The translations under genes and the position numbers were made by a program. From a virus, in the IMG/VR virus record IMGVR_UViG_3300049893_003322: 60,145 nt of DNA; one strand, written 5' to 3'. The notes below the pieces were generated by a model that was not told where the DNA came from, searched no databases, and worked only from the letters and a program-made list of their open reading frames with translations. Below are positions 24,987-34,963 of the stretch, piece by piece; position 1 is the first letter of the stretch; every line of letters begins with the position of its first letter.

Positions 24987-25643
24987 TCACGAAAACCATT
25001 CATGGGGACCGAACAGTTGTTGCCGGGCCAGGGCTTGCAACCACTCAGGACCGTCCGATTCAATTACCTGCTGGAACCAAGTTTCGGACGCGACCTCGCA
25101 AGCTCTGCGTTGCGCTGTCGGAAGAAAGCTGCTTGCCACGATGCGCCGATTCAGTTCACCACACAGGTACCAGATCTTGACCGTCGATTCTGTGGAGTCA
25201 GAATCAAGCGCTGCGCGCGAGAAGTACCGAATGGCGAAGCGTTGGTAATATCGTTCCGACTCTCGATCGTTCGCTAGTACGGCAGCCCAGCTGGCGCGCA
25301 GCCATAGATCAGCGCGAACAATGTCGGACTGATGAGAGAGTTCGGCTATTTGGGCAGCGCGCTCGAAGCTGTCTTCGAGCGTGTGCGCGGACCGCTGTGG
25401 TCCAAAGAACCCCAGCACACAGTCTCGTTCGCTTTCTGTTAGTCGCAGCGGCCACCACTCGCGGCGACCGACGAATCCACATGCTTGGCACGAAATCAGT
25501 TCGTTCTGAAGTGGAGAAATACCCTGGTAATGTTCGTAGAAGTCCGTGCGAGTTTTGCAGAGTCGTCCGGTGCCCATTTCGCGAACCGAAATTTCACGAT
25601 CGCAGCATAAGCACAGATATGTGCGACTTCTCATCGCGCCCAC
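24987..25643 (-). CDS. hypothetical protein with N-terminal zinc-ribbon
   Basis: 218 aa. The N-terminus carries CLCC...C and C..C pairs. Confidence 0.45.
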   Translation of the reverse strand: MGAMRSRTYLCLCCDREISVREMGTGRLCKTRTDFYEHYQGISPLQNELISCQACGFVGRREWWPLRLTESERDCVLGFFGPQRSAHTLEDSFERAAQIAELSHQSDIVRADLWLRASWAAVLANDRESERYYQRFAIRYFSRAALDSDSTESTVKIWYLCGELNRRIVASSFLPTAQRRACEVASETWFQQVIESDGPEWLQALARQQLFGPHEWFS

Positions 25644-26244
25644 ACCCCGACTAGGCGGCGCTGATGTCGTCGTGCTTGTCGATCAAGGGCTGCTAGTCCG
25701 CGCTCGTGGTACAGCGCAGACACCGGCAAGACCCCATCCGGAGCTTGGGCAAAGTAACTTTCGCTATACATCAAGCTAATGCCGTCAAACTTTCTAATGT
25801 ACGGCACGAACCAGAGAAGCGTTGCGCACGAACTCGAAAGGTCAATGACCAGACCCGCTTCGTAATCAAAGCGGCCATTAATTCGCGCGGTGAGACCTGG
25901 AATGAAATTAGCCACGCCGCTCACCTCTCCCAAACCGCTGCGACACACATCCCGTGATGTACGACGAAGTGCACCGTTGACGTGTTGTAGAGCACTACGA
26001 GCGACTCAAAAGCATGCGCAGCCGTAAGTACTATGCCGTGAAGTTTCGCCAAATCCCACACTCCTGCGACACTCGCACCACCACGCCACGAGCCGACCGG
26101 CACCACCGCACGCCACTGCGGAGGGATGGTTACATGCGGGTCGACCAAAATTGGTAGCGTTGTGGGAGTGAACAGCGCCGACTGGTTCTGTGGCGAGTAC
26201 ATAAGAACCGGCTCAGCCAGTCGTGCGTACAGGAGGGTCGTCAT
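25631..26244 (-). pseudogene. two overlapping ORFs in different frames (possible frameshifted or split gene)
   Basis: ORFs 25921..26244 and 25631..25948 abut with a 28-nt overlap and no upstream ribosome-binding site before the second. Together they would give about 210 aa. Confidence 0.3.
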
Positions 26245-26280
26245 ACGGCCTTCTCGAGAGGAGTCTTGAGAAGACGATCG

Positions 26281-28179
26281 TTACTGCACTCGCGCAACAT
26301 CCACATGCAACTCGCAAGCTTCGTATCCGCACACACTACATTTGACGCAGCCAGGCTCGTCAGCAAGCGGACTTCCACAAGCCGGGCACTCGAAGCTCGG
26401 TGTGTGTATCTTCGACGGAACAGACAGTACCTGCTCGTTTCGAGAACCGTCCCGGTAGACAGTGACGCCTTTGCAACGCAGCGCGTACGCCAATTCGTAT
26501 GCAATGTGTACATCGGTTGTCGTAGCGTTGTGCGCAAAATTGATCGTCTTTGAAATCGCCGAGTCGGTGTGCTGTTGAAAGGCCGCCTGCATCCGAATAT
26601 GCCACTCTGGCGCAATTTCGTTAGCTGTGACAAACACGCGGCGCCATCGCAACGGTACGGCGGAATGATCTGCTCGTCCTGTTGCCACAACGTGTCGCAT
26701 CAGACCTTCGGAATACCAACCCTCGCGTCTGGCAATCTCGACGAAATACTTGTTAACCTCAGGCATGTGTGCTCCGGCCTGGTTGCGCATGAACGCCACC
26801 GCGAAGAGCGGCTCGATACCGCTGGAACAATCGGCGAAAATCGAAATCGTTCCAGTAGGCGCAATCGTAGTCACGTTGCAGTTTCGCAAAAGTTGCAGCG
26901 GCCGAATACGCTGTCCCGCCGAATCACGTGCACAGGTCTCGTCCGGACCGAAAATGGAGCGAGACCACTCAGGAAAGGCGCCGCGCTCCTCCGCCAATTG
27001 TTGCGATTCTTGCTTTGCGGTTGTGTCGAGACATTCCATTAAAGCTCGTCCAAAGCCCAGGGCGCTCTCCGAATCGTAGGGAATTCCAAGAATGAGCAAG
27101 AGATCCGCAAATCCCATGATGCCCACGCCGATTCGCCGAATACGTTTGGACAAGTGTTCTATTTCAGGCAGGACATAAGTGTTCGCATCAATCACATTGT
27201 CCAAGAATCGCACGGCGAGCCGCACATCAGTGCGAAAAGCGTCAAAGTCAAATCCCGTAGCGCCAACGTACTGGCTCACATTCAGGGAACCCAAATTACA
27301 GACATCGTACGCAAGCAGGGGAACTTCGCCGCACGGATTGGTCGCCTCGTAGGCCCCGAGGTGCGGAACCGGGTTGTATCGGTTGGCCTCGTCGATGAAG
27401 AAGACCCCGGGCTCTCCGGTGCGCCACGCATTCTCAATGATTTTGTTCCACACTGTGCGTGCATCCAACTCGCCGCACGGCGCCCCGGTCGACGGATCGA
27501 CGAGTGGATAGGCCGTCTTATATTTCACGGCCTCCATGAACTTGGCGGTAACCGCCACCGAGATGTTGAAGTTGGTCACTTGCGTGAGGTCTTCCTTGCA
27601 GGCGACGAACTCCAGAATGTCGGGGTGGTCGACGCGCAGGATCCCCATGTTCGCCCCGCGACGTGTCCCGCCCTGCTTGACCGCGTCGGTCGACGCGTCG
27701 TAGAGCTTCATGAACGAGACCGGCCCCGACGCGACCCCGGTGGTGGACCGCACCATCGATCCATTCCCGCGAAGTTGCGAGAACGAGAACCCGGTGCCAC
27801 CGCCACTCTGATGAATAAGCGCCATCGCGCGGAGTGTGTCGTAGATGCCGTCGAAACCATTCGACAAGCAATCGCTGATCGGAAGTACAAAACACGCAGA
27901 GAGCTGTCCGAGAGGACGCCCGGCGTTCATTAACGTGGGGCTGTTGGGCATAAACCGACGCGACGTCATCAGCTCACAAAACTGTGCGGCCCGTGATTCG
28001 CATTCGGCACTGGTGGATCCGTAGCGACGATCCACGGCTGCTATCGTGCGAGCCACGCGCCAAAACAACGTGAGCGGAGTTTCGATCGGCGTACCGCGAG
28101 CATCTTTAATCAAATAGCGCTTGCCCAGGACGGCGAGGGCGTTCTCGGTCAGATTGGGTTCAGACACGGCAGACGACAT
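26281..28179 (-). CDS. nrdJ: class II (adenosylcobalamin-dependent) ribonucleotide reductase
   Basis: 632 aa. Colinear with NrdJ: an N-terminal LAVLGKRYL region, the active-site segments, and a C-terminal Cys-rich zinc-ribbon tail (CPACGSPLADEPGCVKCSVCGYEAC). Confidence 0.85.
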   Translation of the reverse strand: MSSAVSEPNLTENALAVLGKRYLIKDARGTPIETPLTLFWRVARTIAAVDRRYGSTSAECESRAAQFCELMTSRRFMPNSPTLMNAGRPLGQLSACFVLPISDCLSNGFDGIYDTLRAMALIHQSGGGTGFSFSQLRGNGSMVRSTTGVASGPVSFMKLYDASTDAVKQGGTRRGANMGILRVDHPDILEFVACKEDLTQVTNFNISVAVTAKFMEAVKYKTAYPLVDPSTGAPCGELDARTVWNKIIENAWRTGEPGVFFIDEANRYNPVPHLGAYEATNPCGEVPLLAYDVCNLGSLNVSQYVGATGFDFDAFRTDVRLAVRFLDNVIDANTYVLPEIEHLSKRIRRIGVGIMGFADLLLILGIPYDSESALGFGRALMECLDTTAKQESQQLAEERGAFPEWSRSIFGPDETCARDSAGQRIRPLQLLRNCNVTTIAPTGTISIFADCSSGIEPLFAVAFMRNQAGAHMPEVNKYFVEIARREGWYSEGLMRHVVATGRADHSAVPLRWRRVFVTANEIAPEWHIRMQAAFQQHTDSAISKTINFAHNATTTDVHIAYELAYALRCKGVTVYRDGSRNEQVLSVPSKIHTPSFECPACGSPLADEPGCVKCSVCGYEACELHVDVARVQ

Positions 28180-28270
28180 GGAGTTGATACGTTGGTTAGG
28201 GACGTATCAGGTAGGTCGTAGAAGCGAGCGACAAAACGAAATACCACGCAAGTGCTGTTGCGATACGTAG

Positions 28271-28621
28271 TTAGGCGTGCAGCAAAACCGAAAGCAAATC
28301 TTCTGGATCCACTTCCAAGCGCTTCGCAAACGTCGCCAGAGCCTCGAGCGCATGCGCGCGGCGATCGCCAGCCGCTTCGGCGGCTGCGATATCGTACTCG
28401 CCTCCCAACGCAGTCACGGACCGAATCTCCTCAAGTATCAAAACGAACCGTTCCAAATCGCGGCGCGCATCTGGGTCGTCCATCAACTGTTCCCAGGACT
28501 GGTATGTCGGGAATTGTGTAACGAGAGCCGTACTCACAAGTGCTGCAGCGCGCAGCCACGTGAGATGCAGAAGGACCGTTGTCGCGGGAATGGACAACGG
28601 TCCCTCAAACAAATCACTCAT
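28271..28621 (-). CDS. hypothetical protein
   Basis: Internal Met MSDLFEG overlaps the upstream gene's stop (ATGA). The ORF-track N-terminal 115 aa are Arg-rich and overlap the upstream gene. Confidence 0.4.
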   Translation of the reverse strand: MSDLFEGPLSIPATTVLLHLTWLRAAALVSTALVTQFPTYQSWEQLMDDPDARRDLERFVLILEEIRSVTALGGEYDIAAAEAAGDRRAHALEALATFAKRLEVDPEDLLSVLLHA

Positions 28622-29109
28622 CAGAACGGAAGATCGTCTGGCATGCTTACTGGGGAGCCCCGATCGCCTCCATCCACGCGCTGCGGTGCGTCTGCCGGGA
28701 TCACTCGCGCACCCACGCCGGCCCCCTCTTGCTGGAGTTGAGCCAGGGCGGCGATGGCCTGATCGTTGATCAGGTTCTTGAATTTGAAACTCGCCTCCGT
28801 GAGACGACCTTCCTCGCTGCCCTTGATGAAGAAGAGCATTGGCAAGTATCGTTCTCTGTCTTGCTCGTCTCGCGCGATAGTGATCACGCCGTCCTGCCGC
28901 TTGATCATCGGACGCGTCGGTCCTGCGGCATACAGACCGCCGGCCTTGGATTCGAGTAACGCGCAATCGTACACACCGACCAAAGACGTGTACTTCCCTT
29001 CCGCATCAGTAACCCCAAGCTCGAGATCGAAACTACCCTTCTTGAAGCTTGGCGCACCTTCTGGCGGAAGTTTGAAATTCAAAACGCGGGGAGTCAAAAC
29101 GCCGTACAT
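28621..29109 (-). CDS. hypothetical protein
   Basis: 162 aa of beta-rich, balanced composition (MYGVLTPRVLNFKLPPEG...). Confidence 0.5.
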   Translation of the reverse strand: MYGVLTPRVLNFKLPPEGAPSFKKGSFDLELGVTDAEGKYTSLVGVYDCALLESKAGGLYAAGPTRPMIKRQDGVITIARDEQDRERYLPMLFFIKGSEEGRLTEASFKFKNLINDQAIAALAQLQQEGAGVGARVIPADAPQRVDGGDRGSPVSMPDDLPF

Positions 29110-29130
29110 AAATCGCCTCGAAGGGTTGTG

Positions 29131-30054
29131 TTACCCCGAAGACGACTGAGCCCTCGCAAGCGTCACAAGTCGTTCCGTCGTCGGAAAACAGACCCCCTCT
29201 GCATGCAGCTCCCCATTAAAAGGACAGGGGTTGTTCTTCGCTGCGCACATCCATTTCCGATCCTCGTCAACCACTGGAGGTTGTTCGCCAAGCACCAGCC
29301 ACCGATACCAGCGTAACGCCCGTTCTCGGACAAAGGCTTCGATCTGCCAGTGAGGTAGAATCGGCACGTCCTCCAGGGTGCCTTCTTTTCGGTCCTTGCC
29401 CATCGTTACGTAGGGCGTGCCGGTGAGCGGTAGCTCCATCATGGAAAGCACCTGCATGCGAATTCTACGCGGCGACGGAAAATACGGGCTTCGCAATCGT
29501 CGACAGCCTGCTTGTTCCAGCGCGCGTTGTATCAGTTCAGGAACCGGCGACTTGCTCAGCAACCACGCGTAGATGTTCGTTTGCCACACCCACTCGTCCT
29601 TGATATGCGGATGCAGAACGCCCCCTTGTTGTCCCGTAAACAATCCGGGAATTCGAAGATCCGAGAGCGTTTTGAAATCGTGCAACTCGCGGCGATACGG
29701 ATTGTAGGTATCGACAGTGCCGCCCAACGTAATTTCGAGAGGCTCGTCGGAAAATCCTCCCGTCCACTGACCATCGTCGCCGAAAACCGGCGCTTTGTGC
29801 TCCGGATAGACCAGGGGCACTGTCAGTCGAAGTTCTTGGATCCATCCGAACGGCAGCACCACATCATTGATGTTTTCGATCATGTGATGCACAATAGTTC
29901 CCCGAAACGGCCAGTACCGACGCCGGGGGATTTCGTACAGCTCAATGTTCGGCTGCCGTTCGAACCAGGTTTGGCGCTCGCAGCTGTTGCCCGCGAGCAT
30001 GGACGCGGACATGTACGTGCCCTGGTGATAATTCTTTCGCTCCACATCCCACAT
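29131..30054 (-). CDS. hypothetical protein (possible nuclease-like)
   Basis: Trimmed to Met MWDVERK to avoid a 200-nt overlap with the next gene. Carries Cys/His pairs. Fold was not recognised. Confidence 0.4.
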   Translation of the reverse strand: MWDVERKNYHQGTYMSASMLAGNSCERQTWFERQPNIELYEIPRRRYWPFRGTIVHHMIENINDVVLPFGWIQELRLTVPLVYPEHKAPVFGDDGQWTGGFSDEPLEITLGGTVDTYNPYRRELHDFKTLSDLRIPGLFTGQQGGVLHPHIKDEWVWQTNIYAWLLSKSPVPELIQRALEQAGCRRLRSPYFPSPRRIRMQVLSMMELPLTGTPYVTMGKDRKEGTLEDVPILPHWQIEAFVRERALRWYRWLVLGEQPPVVDEDRKWMCAAKNNPCPFNGELHAEGVCFPTTERLVTLARAQSSSG

Positions 30055-30115
30055 CTTGGCCAGGAGCGGAGGGCTCACACACGGCTGCGGGCAGCGGCCG
30101 AGACAATGCTCAATT

Positions 30116-30400
30116 CTATTCCGTTGCCCGGGACGTTGATACTGATTCGTCGGCGTGCCCGCTGGGCACACGTATCCTACGAGAGGCATGCTCGTACCAA
30201 GCAAGCACCGCCTCGGTAGGAGTAGACCGAACGGGGCCGCGCGCTGTGAGAAAACTGCTCGATGCGCGGTCGAAAACGTCGTGAACGACGACAAACGCTG
30301 ACTCCGATGGGTGCAGTCGAGCCACACTTCGTGACATCAGCTCCAGAGCGCGATCGAGTTCTTTCCTCAAAGACGCCGCAGCGTCGCAAACGTCACTCAT
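30116..30400 (-). CDS. hypothetical protein
   Basis: Internal Met MSDVCD. Stop of the upstream gene overlaps (ATGA). Confidence 0.35.
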   Translation of the reverse strand: MSDVCDAAASLRKELDRALELMSRSVARLHPSESAFVVVHDVFDRASSSFLTARGPVRSTPTEAVLAWYEHASRRIRVPSGHADESVSTSRATE

Positions 30401-30831
30401 TGCTTGATCTGCGCACTCACCCAGGCCCGCATGCGCGCCCAGCGGTTTTCGGGAGATTTGTCCCAACAGTCGTTTTCCGCCTCTATTTCACGTACCAAGG
30501 CGGGCGCCACGCCAAAAACTTCAGCAACAGCTTCGTAGTCATCCGGATCGATATCAAACACCGGAAGCTCTCTGACGCGGGCCAGCGCTCCCAGTGCACA
30601 GACTTCGCCGCTCGACGTCACCAATTCGTTTCGTATAAGCCGTTTCTCTGGCAGACTATCGAGTGCCGCAAGCAAATCTCGCAGCAGAGTTTGTCCGCGC
30701 ACTCCTCGTGTCGCTGCCACCACCGCACCCCGCCAGCGAACGAGATCCCAGTGATCAAGGTTGTCGGTGTAGTCGCTTCGACTCATGTCGGTTCTCCAAC
30801 GAAGGTCAATATTGTAGCTGCGGTGCGCCAC
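30397..30831 (-). CDS. hypothetical protein
   Basis: 144-aa ORF. Last gene of the minus-strand run before the divergent plus-strand gene. Confidence 0.45.
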   Translation of the reverse strand: MAHRSYNIDLRWRTDMSRSDYTDNLDHWDLVRWRGAVVAATRGVRGQTLLRDLLAALDSLPEKRLIRNELVTSSGEVCALGALARVRELPVFDIDPDDYEAVAEVFGVAPALVREIEAENDCWDKSPENRWARMRAWVSAQIKQ

Positions 30832-30958
30832 AAGCCCTTGCTCATTGTGTGATTTGGCACGGACTCGTTAGGAACCCTTTTGCCTTTAGACTTGACGAGG
30901 GTGTTATATTACATGTGCGGTGATTGGGCACCGCTTTCACTCTTTTGGGAGACTGAGC

Positions 30959-31489
30959 ATGCGAGAACGAGACACGCAGCGGAAGCGCGCTTATCGAGCC
31001 GAACTATCCGTGCGGCACAACGCGATCCTGATGACGTGGGACGAAACCCAGACCTATGTGGACCGGGTGATGCGGTCGAAGTGGATGCGTACACATCATA
31101 CAATCGCCGCGCAGCGCTGGCGCCTGGACAGGATCGCCCTGTCGGACGGACGCCGTCACGCACACGGCTCTCGACAACGGATCGTGCTGCCCCGATGGGC
31201 GAGACAGCCACTCGTCGTCTTGCACGAGATTGCTCACGCAGTGCAGGACAGTGCGGACACGGGTGGCCGGTGCGCGTGGCACGGCTGGGCGTGGGCCGCG
31301 CTGTACCTCCGGCTGGTGCGGCGGTTTCTCGGAACCGAGTGGTATCGACGGCTTCGACTGGCGTTCCGGTCTCACAGGGTCCGCTATACCAAGCCCCGTC
31401 AACTGTCGAAGGAGGCGCGGGCAGCAGCGTCGGCTCGGCTGGCGGCCTGGCGGGCGACCCAAGCAACAACTACGTTGAGCGTAGCCTGA
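30959..31489 (+). CDS. HExxH zinc-metallopeptidase-like protein (SprT/ImmA-like)
   Basis: ATG with GGGAGA upstream. VVLHEIAHAV is an HExxH motif, and downstream His/Trp residues follow. It is the only plus-strand gene in a 50-kb minus-strand region. Confidence 0.5.
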   Translation: MRERDTQRKRAYRAELSVRHNAILMTWDETQTYVDRVMRSKWMRTHHTIAAQRWRLDRIALSDGRRHAHGSRQRIVLPRWARQPLVVLHEIAHAVQDSADTGGRCAWHGWAWAALYLRLVRRFLGTEWYRRLRLAFRSHRVRYTKPRQLSKEARAAASARLAAWRATQATTTLSVA

Positions 31490-31578
31490 CGCAGCGCCCA
31501 ACCGTGGCGGCAGGTTAGGGGGGTGCGTCCGCGACGGCGGCGCACCCCTCGTCTTGTAGCTGGGCCGGTCCAGGCGGG

Positions 31579-32076
31579 TCATGAAGTCACCTGCGAAAGA
31601 GGGATCAGGTCGTTGTCGAACAGGGCCAGGAATAGCTCTGCCCGCGCTCGCCATCGCTTCGGCACCTCGACGATCTGGCTCGCCCCGAAGGCCGCATGCA
31701 ACGGGCAGTTGCTCCAGTTGTGGCACGCCCAATGTTCCGGGGTCGCTACGTCGGCCAGCGGGCGTCCGCCCGCCGCGAGCAGCGCAGGCACCGCAGCGAG
31801 GAACTGCTCGTACGTGCGTCCGTTCGGCAGAAGGGCCTTTTGTAGCTTGGCACCCTGCATCACGGCGTACTGCAGATCGGCGCCCCGCAAATCGGCGCCC
31901 CGCAAATCGGCGTCCCGCAGATCAGCATACTGCAGATTGACGTTCCGAAGTTTGGCATTCCGCAGATCGACGCCTCGCAGATCGGCGCGCCGGCCGTCGA
32001 GCCTGCAATTCAACCACAGGTTGTGTAAGCGCACTACCTCGGCCACGGGGACCGGGTTTGTGTTGCGTGGGGTCAT
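31579..32076 (-). CDS. pentapeptide-repeat protein (PRP) 1
   Basis: A(D/N)L(R/Q)xA(D/N/K)L repeats after the N-terminus [18 protein letters not shown]. The C-terminus, with conserved Cys/His/Trp, is shared with PRP3. Confidence 0.8.
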   Translation of the reverse strand: MTPRNTNPVPVAEVVRLHNLWLNCRLDGRRADLRGVDLRNAKLRNVNLQYADLRDADLRGADLRGADLQYAVMQGAKLQKALLPNGRTYEQFLAAVPALLAAGGRPLADVATPEHWACHNWSNCPLHAAFGASQIVEVPKRWRARAELFLALFDNDLIPLSQVTS

Positions 32077-32783
32077 GGCGTCACCTGCGAGAGGGGGAGC
32101 AGGCCCGCGTCGAACCGTTGGATAAACACATCCACCGCGTTGCGATGGGCGGCCGGAACCTCAGCGATATTTGTGGCGCCAAAAGCCGCGTGCATCGGGC
32201 AGTTGGTCCAGTCATGACACGCCCAGTGCTCGGCCGTCGCCACTTCGGCCAGGGGCCGCCCGCCCGCCACCAGGAGCGCGGGCACAACCTCAGTGACATA
32301 CTGCTCCCACGTAACCCCCTCGGGTAGCGTCGCGCCCTGCAGCTTGGCGCCCCGCAGCTTGGCGCCCCACAGATCGGCGCCCCCAAGATTGGCGTCCTCA
32401 AGATTAGCGTCCTGCAAATCGGCGAACTGCAAATTGGCATTCGGGAGATTAGCGCCCCGCAGATCGGCGTCCCGCAGATCGGCGCCCCAAAGCTTGGCGT
32501 TCCGCAGCTCGGCGCCCCCAAGATTAGCGCCCCGCAGATTGGCATTCTGGAGATTAGCGCCCCGCAGATCGGCGCGCTGTAGCTGGGCGTCCTGCAGCTT
32601 GGCGTCCCGAAGCTTGGCGTTCCGCAGATTGGCGCCCTCAAGATTAGCGTTCTGCAGATCAGCGCCCCGCAGATCGGCGCCCCGCAGATCGGCGCGCCGG
32701 CCGTCGAGCCTGACATTCAACCACAGTTCGTGTAAGCGCACTACCTCGGCCAGGGCGGGCGGGCTTATGTAACGCGGGGTCAT
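32073..32783 (-). CDS. pentapeptide-repeat protein (PRP) 2
   Basis: Starts [18 protein letters not shown], overlapping PRP3's stop. Roughly 30 consecutive A(D/N)LxG/A pentapeptides. Confidence 0.8.
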   Translation of the reverse strand: MTPRYISPPALAEVVRLHELWLNVRLDGRRADLRGADLRGADLQNANLEGANLRNAKLRDAKLQDAQLQRADLRGANLQNANLRGANLGGAELRNAKLWGADLRDADLRGANLPNANLQFADLQDANLEDANLGGADLWGAKLRGAKLQGATLPEGVTWEQYVTEVVPALLVAGGRPLAEVATAEHWACHDWTNCPMHAAFGATNIAEVPAAHRNAVDVFIQRFDAGLLPLSQVTP

Positions 32784-33472
32784 GGCGTCACCTGCGAAAG
32801 GGGGATCAGGTCGTTGTCGAACAGGGCCAGGAATAGCTCTGCCCGCGCTCGCCATCGCTTCGGCACCTCGACGATCTGGCTCGCCCCGAAGGCCGCACGC
32901 AGCGGGCAGTTGCTCCAGTTGTGGCACGCCCAATGTTCCGGGGTCGCTACGTCGGCCAGCGGGCGTCCGCCCGCCGTGAGCAGCGCAGGCACCGCAGCGA
33001 GGAACTGCTCGTACGTGCGGCCGTTCGGCAGGAGGGCCTTTTGTAGCTTGGCGCCCTCCAGCTGGGCGTACTGCAAATCAGTGCGCCGCAAATCGGCGCC
33101 CCGCAGATCAGCGTCCTGCAGCTCGGCGCACTGCAGCTTGGCGCCCCGAAGTTTGGCGTTCCGCAGATTGGCGTCCCCAAGATTAGCGCCCCGCAGATCA
33201 GCGTCCTGCAGATCGACGTTCCGCAGATCAGCGCCCTGCAGATCGGCGAGCTGCAGATTGACGCCCTGCAGCTTGGCGCCCCCAAGCTTGGCGTTCCGCA
33301 GATTGACGTTCCGCAGATTAGCGTTCCGCAGATTAGCGTTCCGCAGATCGACTTTCCGCAGATTGGCGTCCCCCAGATCGGCGCGCCGGCCGTCGAGCCT
33401 GCCATTCAACCACAGTTCGTGTAAGCGCACTACCTCGGCCACGGGGACCGGGTTTGTGTTGCGTGGGGTCAT
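32780..33472 (-). CDS. pentapeptide-repeat protein (PRP) 3
   Basis: 230 aa. The N-terminal 120 nt and the C-terminal region are nearly identical at the DNA level to PRP1. Confidence 0.8.
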   Translation of the reverse strand: MTPRNTNPVPVAEVVRLHELWLNGRLDGRRADLGDANLRKVDLRNANLRNANLRNVNLRNAKLGGAKLQGVNLQLADLQGADLRNVDLQDADLRGANLGDANLRNAKLRGAKLQCAELQDADLRGADLRRTDLQYAQLEGAKLQKALLPNGRTYEQFLAAVPALLTAGGRPLADVATPEHWACHNWSNCPLRAAFGASQIVEVPKRWRARAELFLALFDNDLIPLSQVTP

Positions 33473-33681
33473 GGCGTCACCTGGGACAAAGGGAGCAACC
33501 TCGGCCCAGGGCGGCCGGGATCAGATCGTCGATCATGGCGTCACTTGCGGGAGAGGGATCCACTCGTTGTCTAACAACCACGTAAACGACCTGCGACCAA
33601 GACGGGTGCTTGCTCCGACCGTCGCTGGAGTCGGGCATCCCATTTGGTGAAATTCACCATCAAGGATGGTTCTCTCGCAGG

Positions 33682-34950
33682 TCATTGATATACGGCGACC
33701 GCTCGCTCGGTTAAGGTTTGGCCCTTGCTCGTTGTCATGAGAAATCCTCGCGCCATCAAACGCGGGCGAATGTCAAGCCGGTACGCCTCGCGATCCACTC
33801 TGGCCATGGCCACTGTGGCGTCCTCGCTGGCCGCGTACAGGATCGTCGGCGCGTCGTTCTTGGTGCGACCGCGCTGCTCTCGTCGCTGCGTAAGCAGTGC
33901 CCGAATCACTGCGCGGTCGTGGGGCCGAAGACCGTAGGAGTCGAGATCCCAAATTCTGAATACCGCCTCGACATCCTGGACCTCAATTTCCGCTGCGCCA
34001 CGATCGCGTGTAAGCACTTCCGCCTCCGTGAGTAACGCGATCGCCTCCCACGGTGTGCCACCGTGATGCGTTCGCTCGGCAGCCGCCACTGCCGCTGCTG
34101 ACGTGACCGCAAAGCGATTGCGTAACACCCCTTCGATCTCACGCGCCGTAAGCGGCTGAAGCTGGCGCTCTGCAAAACGACGGCGTAGCGCACCCGGCAA
34201 AGCTCCGTAATCCGTAGTAGCGCCAACGATAGTGAAATCTGCCAATTGTTCTGCGTCACGATCGTTCAAAAACTGCCAACGATGTTCGTCCAGCAGGAGG
34301 AGCCATTTATCCATGTTCTCGCTGCTCACCAACGTGTGAATTTCGTCGATGAACAATACACTGCCTGGACGTTGCGCCGCACGCCGAATGAGGCGGTCGA
34401 GGGCTTGTCGATCTTTGATATCGGATCCGAGTGCGAGCACAAAATCGCCGGCGGGTTTTCCGCGACGCTCAAGTTCAAGTTCGATCTCGTGTGCGAGCAC
34501 CTTGGCTAAGAGGGTTTTCCCCAAACCGGGAGGCCCTAGCAAAAGCTGCGGCCGACTCAGACGACTTCTAGACATACTGCGAACTTCCGCTTGCAGAAAG
34601 GGCACGAAATGCGGCTGACTTGCATACTCGGCGAGGGAGCGAGGCTCGCCGTGTCGAAATTGTACCCTTCGCGGCTCCGGCGAGGTCTCGTTGGCTGTTG
34701 TTAAGACCACTACCGCGTCTCTCGGAGCGCTTCCCAGATGCCGTTCGAGCTGGAGAACTGCCTCTTCTCCATAGCGAGCCGCGTGAGCCAGATACGGTAG
34801 CATGGGCTGCGCGGCCCAGTACCCGCGTCTCGGAAATTGAAACTCCGGCGCCTGTCGCTCTCGTCGACGGCGGAGCAGCAATCCAGTCGCAGCTAGCGTT
34901 CCAAGCACTTGGACAAGTAATTCGGCGGTCATATACGCCTCTCGCTGCAT
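33682..34950 (-). CDS. ruvB: RuvB-like Holliday-junction AAA+ helicase with N-terminal transmembrane extension
   Basis: Walker A LLLGPPGLGKTLLA. Sensor and Walker B motif VLFIDEIHTL. The TIVGATTDYGALPGALRRRF segment and a winged-helix tail (GTPWEA...) are colinear with RuvB. About 150 extra N-terminal aa include a hydrophobic helix. Confidence 0.75.
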   Translation of the reverse strand: MQREAYMTAELLVQVLGTLAATGLLLRRRRERQAPEFQFPRRGYWAAQPMLPYLAHAARYGEEAVLQLERHLGSAPRDAVVVLTTANETSPEPRRVQFRHGEPRSLAEYASQPHFVPFLQAEVRSMSRSRLSRPQLLLGPPGLGKTLLAKVLAHEIELELERRGKPAGDFVLALGSDIKDRQALDRLIRRAAQRPGSVLFIDEIHTLVSSENMDKWLLLLDEHRWQFLNDRDAEQLADFTIVGATTDYGALPGALRRRFAERQLQPLTAREIEGVLRNRFAVTSAAAVAAAERTHHGGTPWEAIALLTEAEVLTRDRGAAEIEVQDVEAVFRIWDLDSYGLRPHDRAVIRALLTQRREQRGRTKNDAPTILYAASEDATVAMARVDREAYRLDIRPRLMARGFLMTTSKGQTLTERAVAVYQ

Positions 34951-34963
34951 GGCCAGGGTGCGG

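Noticed and set aside
26241-26690. 149-aa minus-strand ORF.
   Set aside because: It is entirely nested, out of frame, within the well-supported nrdJ gene.
31004-33405. Alternative-frame ORFs over the pentapeptide genes (31004..31732, 32081..32716, 32293..32772, 32947..33405, 54003..54608).
   Set aside because: They are products of the periodic 15-nt DNA repeat and encode Pro/Arg/Ser/Ala low-complexity strings. The pentapeptide frame has proper N- and C-terminal modules and start/stop overlaps.
31579-33472. CRISPR array?
   Set aside because: The periodic repeats are 15-nt coding pentapeptide units inside ORFs. They are not 25-40-nt direct repeats separated by unique spacers, and no cas genes are present.
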